From NCBI GenBank assembly GCA_051362555.1, contig CM120649.1, positions 744,001-808,000 of the forward strand: a stretch of 64,000 nucleotides of DNA, given 5' to 3'. The stretch comes from Lingula anatina (taxonomy: Eukaryota; Animalia; Brachiopoda). The notes under the pieces were generated by a model. That model was given only the letters and a program-made list of their open reading frames with translations. It searched no databases and was not told where the DNA came from. Positions 1 through 12,477 of the stretch are shown here, piece after piece; within the stretch, counting starts at the first letter, position 1, and the number at the start of each line of letters is the position of its first letter. A program made the position numbers and the translations under genes.

Positions 1-1129
1 TAATTATATACGCTAATTATGGTCCAACACGCCACGTGGAGCTGACAAGAAGGGATGAAGAGGGCGATATGGGGAATAATGAGCCTTTTCTTCTCAGAGG
101 TTGTCCTCTGGCATGGCCGTGAGGGTGATTATCTTCTATGATAAATTCTGACGTCTCCAAAGATTGCCTTGTGACATACATTTATAACCTGGTATGATGG
201 TATAATGCATTGGCGTAGGGCTGGAGAGACTGAGGGAAGGGGGGGTAAGCCCCACCCCACTGTTTTCAATTGAGTCATGATTGCAGAAAGAAGGGGACTA
301 AAGGGTACCTTTCCAGGTTGCCATGTATATATTTTTTCTGAATGGTTACCGCTTCTGACCCCCACCTTACACACACACGCAAACACACACACACGCGCGC
401 GCGCGCGTGCACCATTAAAATTTCAGCATACCTGCCGAGGTTAGGAAAGTGTAGGAATATTTCTGCACAAGTGGGTGACTGATAACCTCTGCCAACGCCT
501 CAGTTATTATTGTGGACATTTTTGCTGAATCGACATCAGACCAAAATGACTGTCTATTTATCTAGAGACCTATCTGTGAATGTCTTTGAAAAATCAATCT
601 GTCGCCCTGGTAGAGGGTAGGTGACCGATACCGATAGCCAGGAGGACCCAAAACACGTAGGGCGTATTTACAGTTCGGGGAGGGGTGTTGTTACATCAAG
701 AAACAACAGCAAGAGACAGGGTTTTATTAAAGTAGTCCAGGGATGATTCCTTTTAAAGAGAGTGACGGCAGTCTTGGGTTTAGAATTCTATTTAGTTGTA
801 ACATCGTTTTCTGCTCAACAATTTAATTTTTTTACTTAAACAAACTCTTGTTACCTTACAATGATTCAGTCACAAACAAATGTCAGGGTGGGGTTAGCCT
901 CTACCACGTGGCCATCTTTAGTGGTTCTTCCTTTTAAAATAGAAGACGATTGTTTGCCCTAACCACCAGCATAATAAATGCATAATAAATGGCTCATTTT
1001 CGTGACACCTGCGTTTAAGGAGTCCCCGAGTAAATTATATGTATGTGTACTTGTGAACAGACGAGTGAGGTGTGTGGCTCTTTAATATGAAAAGATGATT
1101 TTTTTCCTGATAACATTATGTTTTTGTCC

Positions 1130-1134
<5 letters not shown>

Positions 1135-1177
<43 letters not shown>
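1135..1177. repeat. (CT)n microsatellite
   Basis: Seen directly; similar CT/GA tracts at about 40447-40487, 55381-55416 and 61694-61722. Confidence 0.95.
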
Positions 1178-1179
<2 letters not shown>

Positions 1180-4100
1180 GAATCGCTCTGTCTTCCAAGA
1201 AGACTCCAACCTGATGTTATGCTTCATGTTTGTTTATACAAATTTGATCTCAAGTGCAATGTACATAAAAACAGTCAGTTAGTTGGTTTGTTTTGGGAAA
1301 AGTTATGATTGTATACAGAAATGACGCCACCGACTATGTATCATTTAATAACATGACATGACAAATGCAGGTTCGTGAGAATTCAAAGCCTTCAGCTTCG
1401 AAAGCCACTAAATATACGTCTTGTTATCTTATCGTAAGGTTTATGTAGTACAAAATGTGGCATAATGCAAAACAGTTCATAAATGATGACGTTTCCTTAG
1501 CATATTGGAGACATCAAGTCATCTTTACTTTTAAAACATATTGCAAAGGTTTTTCTTGGTCTTTTTAAAAATAAGACAACTTACCCAGAGACCACAAAAA
1601 GTTTGTCATAGAACACTGTGAGTTACTCTGAAATTTGACCAACATTTACATAAAAAATAATAATGACATCTCCAGTTTTAAAAGATGAGCAGAAATCCCC
1701 ACTACACGACAGAGGCATGTTGCTGAGAAAGGCCAGTTGCTTACAATCTTTAAAATTCAGGGTTAGTAATGTCAGTCTTAAGGACGATATGAATGCAAAC
1801 TGTCGTTGTAATAGGAACATCTACCATTGTTCTCCTCTGATGGTCGCCTGAGCGATTATAATATTTGGAGTGCAAGGTGATACGAGCCGTAGCAATGGGG
1901 ATTATTTTTTTATTTATTTTTCTCCACCTAGGTGTAGCCCCCCCCCCCCCCCCCCGCCATCACCCACCGCCCCAATGATGACTAGTCACAGGTACCAAAT
2001 GTCTTTGATTCATCGGGCGTGTCACCAGCTCCGTGTGTCACCACTTGACAGTGTTGACATGTCACTGTCATCTCCCGTGTGTCAGAATCTGACATTGTCA
2101 CCCCCCCCCCCCCCCAATTAACCGAGGGCGTGACACACTGACCATGAGAATATCCACGCTGTTGACACTGACTGTAACTCTCGGTGTGTTGGGTGTGTCA
2201 ACCAAGCATGGATAGGCGTGTCATCACTGCCCATGTTTGATTAAATAAACTCCCTCCATCCCCGATAGGTACTTCTGAGCGTGAGTCACTGTTAGATATC
2301 TTAAGGTGTGCCCTGTAACTGTAAGGTTAAGAAAACATAACCTTGGTCCTCGTCATGTGACAGTGAACGTGAACCTAACTTAAATTAAATTTTAAATTCT
2401 CTTAATTTCGAGTCAGCCGACCCCCCCCCCCAAAAAAAAGACAATAAAATAAATTAATTGAAACTATAAAAAATACTGCATCGAAGAATATCAATGCACA
2501 TGCGTAGCATCATTTAAGGCTCTTACAAACTCCTTAAACGCGAAGGATATCATTGTATCATTGTTTTATCATATATAATATATTATAGTTTTTCAAACAT
2601 GTTTTGTGTAGGTAGACAACCGTCTACGTCCGTGATTCATACTGAGAGTATTACATAGATTTACAAGACATTTACTCCTCCAATTTTGAAATATGAAGTC
2701 TCACCCACTGATAGTTTAGATAAACTTGATAAATACAAGTTTGAGTTGGTAATGACTGGAGACGAACGAGACCATGCTTTCTGTAAATAATTTAAGGTAA
2801 ATAAAGAAAATAAATGAAAGGAAATTTTCTAAAACTTAAATTTACATTTTGCTTAAATTTATTACAAAAACACACCTTTCTTTAATGTAATATATATATG
2901 CTTTTTTATATCAATATCCGATGTTCACGAGGTAACTTTTATATAGCACTGGACTCACAAGAGCGTGCCCCATCTTCATTTACCTGTGTTATTATAAAAT
3001 GAATATTCCCCAAATATTGTCACTCTTGCCTTAAATGACCGCGGAGGTATAACCCTACTGACTTAAACATAACCAGGTGTAGCACCCTACACAGATGTCT
3101 TATCTCTTTTCACCCGCACAACCTTTGTAACGAACTGATGGAGTCATCAGAAAACAAGATTAAAATGATAATCGCAGGAATATTGTAGAATAAAAAAGGG
3201 CGTCAGAGGATGAATCAATTTAAATCTTTTCAGACCTCAGTCCTACATATCCTTCGTCTGATTGAAATCAAGTATAAAACACGTGTCGGTGTTGAGTTTA
3301 TCAAAATATTGAGGATGACGACCACGCCCTGTGTACTCTGTCTCTCAACGCAAGTACAGATTATGATAGCATTCGTAATTTGTCAACAAGATAAATTGAT
3401 ATTAAACTTGTATAGCACATCGTATTGCCAAAACACGCCACGCCCAACTCTTCTAACATTTAACACAATTAAACGCTGCGGAGGATAACATTAGCCACTG
3501 TGTATTTGGAAAAAAAAACATAGCATTATTTTAAAATTGAAAATAAAATAATAGTAATTAATATAGTATAAATGGATACGAGCAGTTCTGTGTAAACAAT
3601 CTGTGTACACGGTAGGTCTTAGTAGCGCTGATTGAAGTTTGTCACACCCATGTCTGGCTGATAACACCCGGGTTAAGAGATAATGATGTTAATATTTGTA
3701 ATTCTGATTACCATAATTTGCTATCTAGGTTTATCACCTCAGATTTTGATGTTGATGCGGCAAATGATGTCAGAAATGGTTTTAGGGTGTGAATTATTTA
3801 CCGAATAATGAATAATGTATTTATAATTTATTTATTTATATTTCTTAATTAGGAGGCTGATCATATAAGTTTTAAGATAAGCAATACAGTGCATTAACAG
3901 CAATTGCCCTTTTTGAATTAGTAGCTTTCTCAATCTTTATCATAACAAGTTGATACACATTTAATATAAATTTGTAGCCGTTACTTGTCGAAGAAATCCC
4001 TCGCCTGCAAATCTCATGGGCTCTACGATATAATTTCTGGTCTATATAATATGCGACACTCTCACTCTTATGGTTTAAATGAATGTCTCTTCATCAAGCT

Positions 4101-4527
4101 ACCAGCAATTGTCTTATATTTCATTCTTAAATTCTCTCTCTCATTTCTGTATAGTAAACACAAAGTGGGTTGTTTGAGCACAGATCTGTGACACATATAA
4201 GTATCATTATATAGCAATCGTTGAATTTAAAGCCACTCTGTTTCCAACATAGTGTGTAATAGCTACAGTCTTGTGACCTTTGATATATGGTTTAGTATAC
4301 CTGATGGCATATTAAACCCAGAAGGGACGCAGCTATGTATAAATCATATTTGTTATCAGAACGTGTATCTCTGATAAGAGGTACGTATAACCTTATGGTG
4401 TATTTCCACCTCCTCTTCCTCCGTGTTTTATACAACCGTGGAAATAATTTTCACACAGGTGAATTCTTCTCGCGCTAGGACAGTGGTCTTACAAGGTGAC
4501 CACACACATTGTTGTTGACCACTCTTT

Positions 4528-4540
4528 GTTGCCTAGCAAC
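4528..4540. promoter_or_regulatory. RFX X-box-like palindrome GTTGCCTAGCAAC upstream of the M6-like exons
   Basis: Direct match to the RFX X-box consensus, 1.3 kb before the first identified exon; function untested. Confidence 0.4.
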
Positions 4541-5803
4541 GGAATTTATTCATTTCTTCTTTTTTTAAACAAAGTCAACTGTCATAAGTATTAAGCGTCG
4601 CCGCTCCTTTTTAAAGCAAACCAAAAAAAAAAAAAGGATGAGACTCTCATGAGACAAGAAAGGCAAAGTCAATAAGTATGAATTAGAGCATTTAGTACCC
4701 TATAATGAGAAAGCAGGTCTGGGTGTTAAAAACAGTGGTCTTTTTGTGTCAAGAACTTTGATCTCTCCATATTAACCCACGTGGCTACTGCCTTTTTGCG
4801 TGCGCTTGTTCCATTAATCCGTGTAATATATAGTTCAGCTTGTATGTTGCGCACAAACACTCCTATGACTCTAAAACAACCAGTTTCCTCCAGATAAACA
4901 TGAGTAAGCATTCCGTTGGTAGACGCACTATCAAGCATATTTTTTATTCACTTAACTGTTTATTTATTTGTTTGTTTATAGAGCACCACGTGCAAAGATA
5001 TTCAAAATGTTCCTCCAAGCACGAATGTTAACATGAGGAAAAGTGTGAAAATAGGGAAAAAATAGTACATTGGCAATGTCATCAATCACCTGAGTTATTG
5101 AAAAGTAAATTGTGTCATTGTTTCATTTGATTTTTTTAAAATATAGATGTATCTTCTGTGGAGTGATACCATCATTTACGTATATTGACGCTAAAATATA
5201 ATATATATGAAATGTTTGCTATGTTAACGCATTCCAAAGATTACTGAGGTTTCTGTCTGACATGATGAGATTGAAAAAGGTGTCTTGTCATGAAATGGCG
5301 TTGCATGTTATTTTTGTGTTTCATGACTTGAAAATTGTAAGGCTTTGACGCCACGTGTTGCGGCAAGAAACTCAAGCTTATAAATGATACGATGAAATGT
5401 TAAGATGAAAGGCAATAACATTCATCATGGTTTTATATGAAACTGCAACAGTGTAAGGCATTTGTGAAAAAGCCAATTTGGCTTAGGCTTGACGAAAACA
5501 AGTTATATTGTCGGCTTGGATTATTATCATGGTTTTAGACGACTGAAGCTGTCATTCATTCAAATAGATTTTTATCGTCCTGTTGTTACTTAGTATCAGT
5601 TGCAACAGTATCATTATCAACAGAAGATCTAATTGTCTTCAATCACCTATTTCGTCTGAATCGTCTATTAATGCTTTTAAAATTCTCCTAAATATTTCTA
5701 TATTTTTTTCTGCTAGACATTGAAATATTGGAGGTAAAAACTATTTCAATATCAAGCTGTTGACTGAAGAAAAATTAATTCATTCTATATTTTTACTTTT
5801 CAG

Positions 5804-8666
5804 GATGCAACAACTGTTGCCGCAGTATTCCGTTTGCCTCGATCTTCGCCACCATTCTTGTCGTAGGTGGAGTGGTCGTCTTCAGCCTTTACCTTTATGA
5901 CGGCATGCAGACAGTCAAGGTCATCATGTCCGACCACTTTCTCATGTCGGCTGACACGATACAATGGTAATTATTTTCATTATATCAAGTGTAATTCTAA
6001 CAAAATCCAAGATAGATTAATAAAGTTGAAATAATCATATACATGGTTTGGAAAAATTAATTAATTTTGGCATCAAGAATTCAGAAAATTTCGTCAACCT
6101 ACGTCTTCTGGTTAATAAAGCGAGAACGTAGAGTCGTTGACTGACTTACAGAATGGCCCCATTCAGAATAGGGGACTAACTAGTCCGAGGGCCAAATATG
6201 GCCGACCCACTTGAATACTTCCCTACGGGATATCTATTCTGTGTCTGTTAGCGGATTAGACGAGAAGCTTTGTAGTGGGTCGCCATATTTGACCCTCGGA
6301 CTAGTTAGTCCCCTATTCTGAATGGGGCCAAAGAAGTTTGGCGTTAGTGGGAATGGTGTCTTATATTGTCGCCTATTTAATACACTGTATCTGTATAGCA
6401 TTTAAATCTAATGAAAATGATTGGCCTTTCTCCGTCCGCACTACTGTATATTGTCAATCAAAAGATAAAGTAAATGATGGAATAATTCCTTACAGTGACG
6501 CACATTGAAATGTGAAATGTTTTAGGACTTTTCCTCTGTCCCTAACGGTCCCATGGGCGAAAAATTATTCATTTACCATATATATATATATGTATACTCT
6601 TTGTATTGACCAAAATATGGTACTGATTACTGTACATTATGTGTGTATATATTTCATTAATGATACATGTATGGTACTGACATGCAAGCATACCCGCTGA
6701 TTGTAATACTGAACACAGTATACTGACAAGTTCTTCTCTGATTTCCAGGGTGGATCAGCTGAGGACTGGCCTGATTGCTGTAGCAGCTGTGATGGCGTTC
6801 TGCGCTCTGTTAAAGCTTCTGTTCGGTTTCATGGTGACTGGTCGCACGCGGGAAGACTGCTGTAGGAGGGGCTGCCCCAACGCCTGTGGGAAATTCATGG
6901 GAGGCCTGGTGAGAATTTTTATTTATTTATTAATTTATTTATTTTGAATTAATCAGAATATTGAATGACAATAAATACATAACTTGTAAATTTTTCAATT
7001 GACATATATAGAAATCTGTGTTGAATTAAAGAGAACCGGCCACTTCTTTCATATACTGTACAAATCCATTTGGCCCTGTCATTCTCTGTTGAAATCAAGG
7101 TAAAAATGACCTACAGAAGTAACTTTCCTAATGCTGAAAAACTTCATTCAGACTTTTTCACGGCAATATATCATCCGTAAACTTAACGTTTCAGAATATT
7201 TATAATCATGTTTATGTTATGTTTTAAATTTCAAAGATTTTTTTCAATTTAGTTCATCCTCCTCACATGGCTGTTCCATATCGTCTGGCTTGCTGTCACG
7301 TGCTGTGCTGCTGTCCTCCTATTGGCTCAAATGATGATGTCAAGCATGTGTGATCTTAGAGAACCAGGAAGCTGTTTAGATCTCACAAATTATGGTAAGT
7401 AGTTTTATTTTTAGACAACGGATGCGGAACTGGGGTTTTTCGAGTAGACTTGGACAGTTCCAAAACTTTTTTTGTGAAAAGGTTGAAGTACATGTATGAG
7501 CACAGCCCTTCGGAAATAGGAAATTGAAACAACAGCGCTTTCTAGTGGTGAATGTTAGGCACATGAACAAGACAAGGTATTACTTGTCCGCCTACTTTCA
7601 AAGTGATACAGGGAGGATAACCTAATATATTATCTATGAAAATGGGGCTTTTTTTTCTTGTCCATTTTCCTGTCTGTAAAAGTCAAGGTTGTCCCGGCTT
7701 TTTTCATCCTACTTATGCTTCTTTATTTCGGTGACAAAATATTTTTGGTTATGTTCTCACATTCGATACTAATGTAATAACTATATTCCAGGTATTGAAA
7801 CAGGCAGCTTCAACGGCACTACTTACAAAATATGTGACCAGGATACCATACTTGCCTTCTGCGACGATGTAAGTGTTTCCATATCTTTACAATCCATGAG
7901 CGGTGATCTTTTATTTAACAAAATTTAAACACTCTGAAAATTCCAACACTGTTCATGAATTACCAAGGTACATTCTTTCCAAATTCATTGAGAAAAGCAG
8001 TCCGTTTTCGAGTTCTAAATTCCAAATTTTATCCGTTATGGGTGAAATTAACAACCAGATTTACCCAACAATAAATGGTTTGAGTTAGTGATTGTACTTC
8101 TATTTACTGTACATTGTATGAATCCTCTGAATTTGTCATTGTTTCCTCAATTTTAGGTGGATTACATGTGGGTGCCGGGTATTGGAATCTTGGCAGGAGC
8201 TGCCGCCATTGTTCTCGGATTCGTAAGTATCTTGTATTTTGACGTTTAAGCAGTGATTTTGCCTTTAGTATGTCTTTCAATAAGGATACTTTTCTACGCC
8301 TCTGACCTGGGTCTATTTACATTTATTTTCTTCGTCTTTAAGTTTATAGTGTTTCAAGGAGATAATCTGACCAGCCGCTTTTTGCCCCCCTTTTCGGAGT
8401 AAACAGATAGAAGAGTGTGGGCTAAAAAGAACTGAATCGACAAAATTACCAAGCCGTCGTTTTTTTTTTTTCTCTTCTCTTTTAATTATCTATTTATTTC
8501 GTTTATTTTTAAAAATCAGGTTTATGTGAAATAATGTTCATTTTGATGTTTATTTCAGTTGCACTACATGGGAACATTGACAGCTAATTACGTCTACTTG
8601 AAGAAGGAAGAATGGTTTGAGGAAAACTACAACCAAGATATGGCTATGATGCACATGAAAGCATAA
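5804..8666 (+). CDS. Myelin proteolipid protein family (PLP/DM20/M6, GPM6-like) tetraspan membrane protein; exons 5804-5966, 6749-6908, 7253-7394, 7792-7868, 8157-8222, 8559-8666; first (ATG) exon not located
   Basis: Six AG/GT-bounded exons with matching phases splice into one frame: xCNNCCRSIPFASIFATILVVGGVVVF...WVDQLRTGLIAVAAVMAFCALLKLLFGFMVTGRTREDCCRRGCPNACGKFMGGL-FILLTWLFHIVWLAVTCC...CLDLTNYG-IETG...KICDQDTILAFCDD-VDYMWVPGIGILAGAAAIVLGF-LHYMGTLTANYVYLKK...MKA*. The motifs IPFAS.FATIL, GF..TG, F..LT.LF...WL.VT, CLDL..YG, LAGA.A and HY...L.AN are the PLP/M6 family signature. Confidence 0.9.
6154..6330. mobile_element. MITE family A, copy 1 (intron of the M6-like gene)
   Basis: About 55-bp near-perfect terminal inverted repeats TGGCCCCATTCAGAATAGGGGACTAACTAGTCCGAGGG... 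/ ...CCCTCGGACTAGTTAGTCCCCTATTCTGAATGGGGCCA; homologous copies at 24458 and 59924. Confidence 0.85.
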
Positions 8667-9756
8667 ACAAATCAGCTGCCTTGACAAACTTAAACATTTA
8701 ACAGCAGACGACAGCATGGCATTTGATCATTTTTTGGAAAATATCGGGATAAAATAGCTACTTAAGAGATGTGTATTCCCACGTATTTGAATTGTCGTCA
8801 AAATCGAAACTCTTTGGATCTTGTAGTGGACGGAATACCACGAAATTGTTCGAAGAGGTCCGAATGAGTTTCGACTGTGGAATCAAAGAAAGTCCCAGAT
8901 TATGGTGTCAAGATTCGGGAAATCTTCTAAAAATGAATATAATAGATTGCAAACTTTAGGCAAACGTCCCGGCATCATGAACCGAACCGATGGCCACAAA
9001 GGCGTACAGGAAGTGGATTCGCAATACTCTATTCATACAAAATGCCAGAGTGATGTTGTTGTGGTACTCGCAATTTGGATTGAAATGTGAGGTTACCACT
9101 CCAATATGGCGTCCTATAATACTGCCTAGGGGGAATGTACTTAATATGTATATTTATGGATTCTCTGTACCTCGTTTCAGCGTGTATGATCAAATATTGT
9201 GCAGTGTGTTATGACTGGAATATTTTGTCAAACATAAGCCGAAACATTGGCTTTGCAATGTGGGAAACTCATTCTAGCTCTAATAAGTGACCTTAAAAAC
9301 TCATGCCATTGGAATAGTTCATGTTGCTTATTGCATGTATCATTCCAAAGTAAGAATCTCAAACGTTTATAGTTTACTGCCAAGGACTTTATTCATTCAT
9401 CTGTATTTGAAATTGAAACTTTTTGTACAGAAGGAAACGTGTCAGGTAGGCCTACACGTTACTTGTTTATTCTTTGACTTTAATGATTCCGACTGGAATA
9501 GAATGCCATACGCAAACTTTCACTGTACGACTTAAAACCCAAGTCATCTTTTTTTAATCACCAAAAAGATGGCAGGGATTATTGTAGATTCCTTGTAGTA
9601 AAGGCCACAAGATGCAAATTTGAATGGATTTATTTATAGGCAAGTGATGCATTAGTTTATTAGAGTTTGATATACACGTGTAGGCTGTATATAAAGCTTC
9701 TTTTAGTTAAACAACGTCAAACTGTGTGTATCAAAACTGAAAGACATTTTACACAA

Positions 9757-9762
9757 AATAAA
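9757..9762 (+). terminator. Candidate polyadenylation signal (AATAAA) of the M6-like gene
   Basis: AATAAA about 1.1 kb after the stop codon, followed by an (AT)n and T-rich tract. Confidence 0.35.
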
Positions 9763-11070
9763 GTCATAAAAACACGAAAGTTGTCGATATATATATATAT
9801 ATATTTTTTTTTTGACTGGTCATTTACTACAACGGCGAGTACGTGGGAGAGGACCTTTCCCCCTCCCTCCCCCACAGCACCACGAAAAACGTTTAACTAA
9901 CCAAACGGGATAAAACGAAGCAAAATTAACACCATCAGTATTATGGCAGAAAATCAGCTTTTATTATAAATTTATTACCTATTATCTTTATATAAAAAAT
10001 ATACATATAATATATAATATATAAAATATATTATTACCAATTAGAGAATGGTATTACATCAATTGTATTGTCGTAATTATATTATATTGTACAAGGTCAT
10101 GATAATTTATGTACTAGTACAGAAATAAATTTAATTCAATTGAACATAAATTGCGCGAGTCGCGCTCTCTAGCACGCTGTGTTTTCCCAGTCTTCTCTGA
10201 CACAATCATCGCCCCGTGATCCACTTCTACTACAATGGCATTGTTATTCAAATTATACGAACTCCAAGTGATAGGTAGTCAGGAAAGCATGATGGAGGAC
10301 ACAGATTCCAAAACGTGGTGGTGGTCCTCGTGGACGAAACATGGTATATTCAAAGCTGCTTGCTTGAAATAGACAGAACAACTGGTAAGTAAAACATGCA
10401 CGTTGCTTTTCTCATTACTGGAACGGATGCCGGAACGTAAACTTCTTGTAAGAAGGACATTTTTAAAAGTGTACCCTGATGTCAGTTGAGGTGATTATCT
10501 AATCATTACACTACAAGGGTTGGGGAGTTGGAGGGGGGGGGGGCACAGTTTACCCGTGCCAGTCGAGGGATATCTACATGGACTACCCGGCTGATTTTGC
10601 ATGTCATATGTTGATGGTTTCTCCTCTTGAAATAAGCAAAAAGTATGCACATTTAGACTTTGGCGATATCAAACGAAATTATAAACTTCCTATGTTATGT
10701 TTCTATCTTATTCCAGTCGTCAACGCCCGCAGGAAACAAAGATGTGTAGGAGAAGTGACAACAGTTCTATCGCATCATCTGCTAGCAGTATCAGCATGTT
10801 AGACGAACGGGACACAAATATGGGATGAAACTAAAATGCAACCAGCGTGAAGCTCAAAATGTTACTCACCTTTTTTGGTTTTGTAGTTAAATGTGTATGA
10901 ATGAAAAATATATGTATAACAATACTTATCATGTATGAATTCTAATGCTTGCTAGTTTCCTACCTTTGTAACATCAAAACGTTAAAATAAGAATAAATTA
11001 AAACTGCACATAATTAATCTGCGTCCCTGGTAGAGGGTACCTTTCTACCCGCATTTAATGTACAAAAATA

Positions 11071-11295
11071 AACGAGAGCGCAGACCTCCGCCAAGGCAGC
11101 GATTTTTGATTATTATTGATTATTGATCCGGATCACCACTTAAAACTAACCACTTCTAAGGTAACCCATTTCCCACCTACCCTGAAAATTTCATCAAAAT
11201 CGGTCCATAACTTATGTTGATGACAAACAAACAAACAAACAAACAAACCGACAGACAGACAGGAGTGAAAACATAACCTCCTTGGCAAAGGTAAT
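11071..11295 (+). mobile_element. Non-autonomous Helentron-like (HINE/DINE-1-type) element
   Basis: 5' subterminal ACCTCCGCCAAGG (11084-11096), internal (ACAA)n(ACAG)n microsatellite, and 3' end ACCTCCTTGGCAAAGGT with an inverted copy/hairpin; this is the typical architecture of the class. Confidence 0.55.
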
Positions 11296-11775
11296 TAATT
11301 AGTATTCAATGTTCGTGCCTGAGAAGTCCACAACTATTGTGTTGGCAACATTTTAAGGAGCCTTTCAGAAAAGGAAGTTATCGATTAGCCGAATCGATTG
11401 ACTACACAAGGAAACTTTGTAAATGAGCGACACGTTTTAAGCACCATATTTATAACATTGTATTGTGGTCTGCATGTAGTTCATCTCATTGTAGTCACTG
11501 TATTAAAGATACACAGTGTTTGTAGATTGCAATAAATTTCATAGTAAAAGTTCACTTTGTGTCACATTGAAAATTGTATAGTTGATATCAGTTTGTAATT
11601 TTAGCAAATATTAGCACGACTTGGCATGTCTTTTAGCAACACATTGAATGCCATATTACTTTGATATTGAAAACACGTACGTTTAAAATGTCATTGAAAT
11701 GAAATAAATCTAAACAACCTGGGGTAATATTTCAGTAGTTTTTCTTTTCACATTTCACTCTCCAATGGATATATA

Positions 11776-11848
11776 TACCTCTTCTCTAGTACTTTTACAA
11801 GTCAGAGGTGTAACACCTCTGACTTGTAAAAGTACTAGAGAAGAGGTA
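11776..11848. repeat. Perfect palindrome, 36-bp arms with a 1-nt centre
   Basis: TACCTCTTCTCTAGTACTTTTACAAGTCAGAGGTGT-A-ACACCTCTGACTTGTAAAAGTACTAGAGAAGAGGTA. Confidence 0.95.
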
Positions 11849-12114
11849 CAAGAGAAAGAGATCGAGTTCAACAGAAATTAAACTGATAAAAACTTTTTGT
11901 CTCTCATCATTAATTGGAATTTTTCTAAAATATATATATATCCATTGTAGTCACTGTATTAAAGATACACAGCCGGCCGGGGAGAAATCAAGCACTACAA
12001 ATGAAACCTTTATAGTGAACTCCGTGCTTCAATTTTTTTCTTCAAAATAAAACCTCTGTAGGATTCGATCCTGTCATCTTCTGGTTCCCAGTCTACCGCG
12101 TTACCGATTCGTGT

Positions 12115-12362
12115 TAAAGTATTCACTGGTTCTACTTACGGAGTGAGATTGTAGATCACTGTGTATTGTGTCTCAATTCTGATTATTTTTTGTCGTCTGT
12201 ACCGTACACGTCTGCACGGTAGCTGTGGTTGAGTTGTACTCACCGGGATCAGGCAGGGAAGTTGGGCTCTCCACCTGGTGTGCGCAGTACTTACCGTAAT
12301 TGCGCGCTCTCCGCGCAGGGAGAGCACACCGGGTGAAGGTAGGAAAATGCACGAACACAACA
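12115..12362 (-). repeat. 3' LTR (248 bp)
   Basis: Identical to 21094-21341; element-sense termini TGTTG...CTTTA; preceded by the PPT. Confidence 0.95.
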
Positions 12363-12380
12363 TTCCCCCCACTTTTATTT
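12363..12380 (-). other. Polypurine tract AAATAAAAGTGGGGGGAA
   Basis: Purine-rich run abutting the 3' LTR on the element strand. Confidence 0.8.
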
Positions 12381-12477
12381 GAAAGGAGCTACTTATAAAT
12401 ACATGTTTGTCCATGTACAAACTCAAAATTCCTTTCGATAAATAAAATAAAGTGGATTCCAGTTGAAATATTCGTAC

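Noticed and set aside
5805-5870. ATG at 5805 as the start of the proteolipid gene
   Set aside because: It is out of frame with the PLP/M6 reading frame, which enters in phase 1 from an upstream exon.
10150-10900. Exon-like segments with a donor at about 10385 and an acceptor at about 10717
   Set aside because: No convincing ORF or recognisable homology; cannot be supported without RNA data.
12055-12114. Functional tRNA gene
   Set aside because: The boxes are degenerate, there is no complementary acceptor stem, and it is split by the LTR element; at most a SINE head.
12136-12426. Short ORFs duplicated at 12136-12426 and 21115-21363
   Set aside because: They are incidental frames within the two LTRs.
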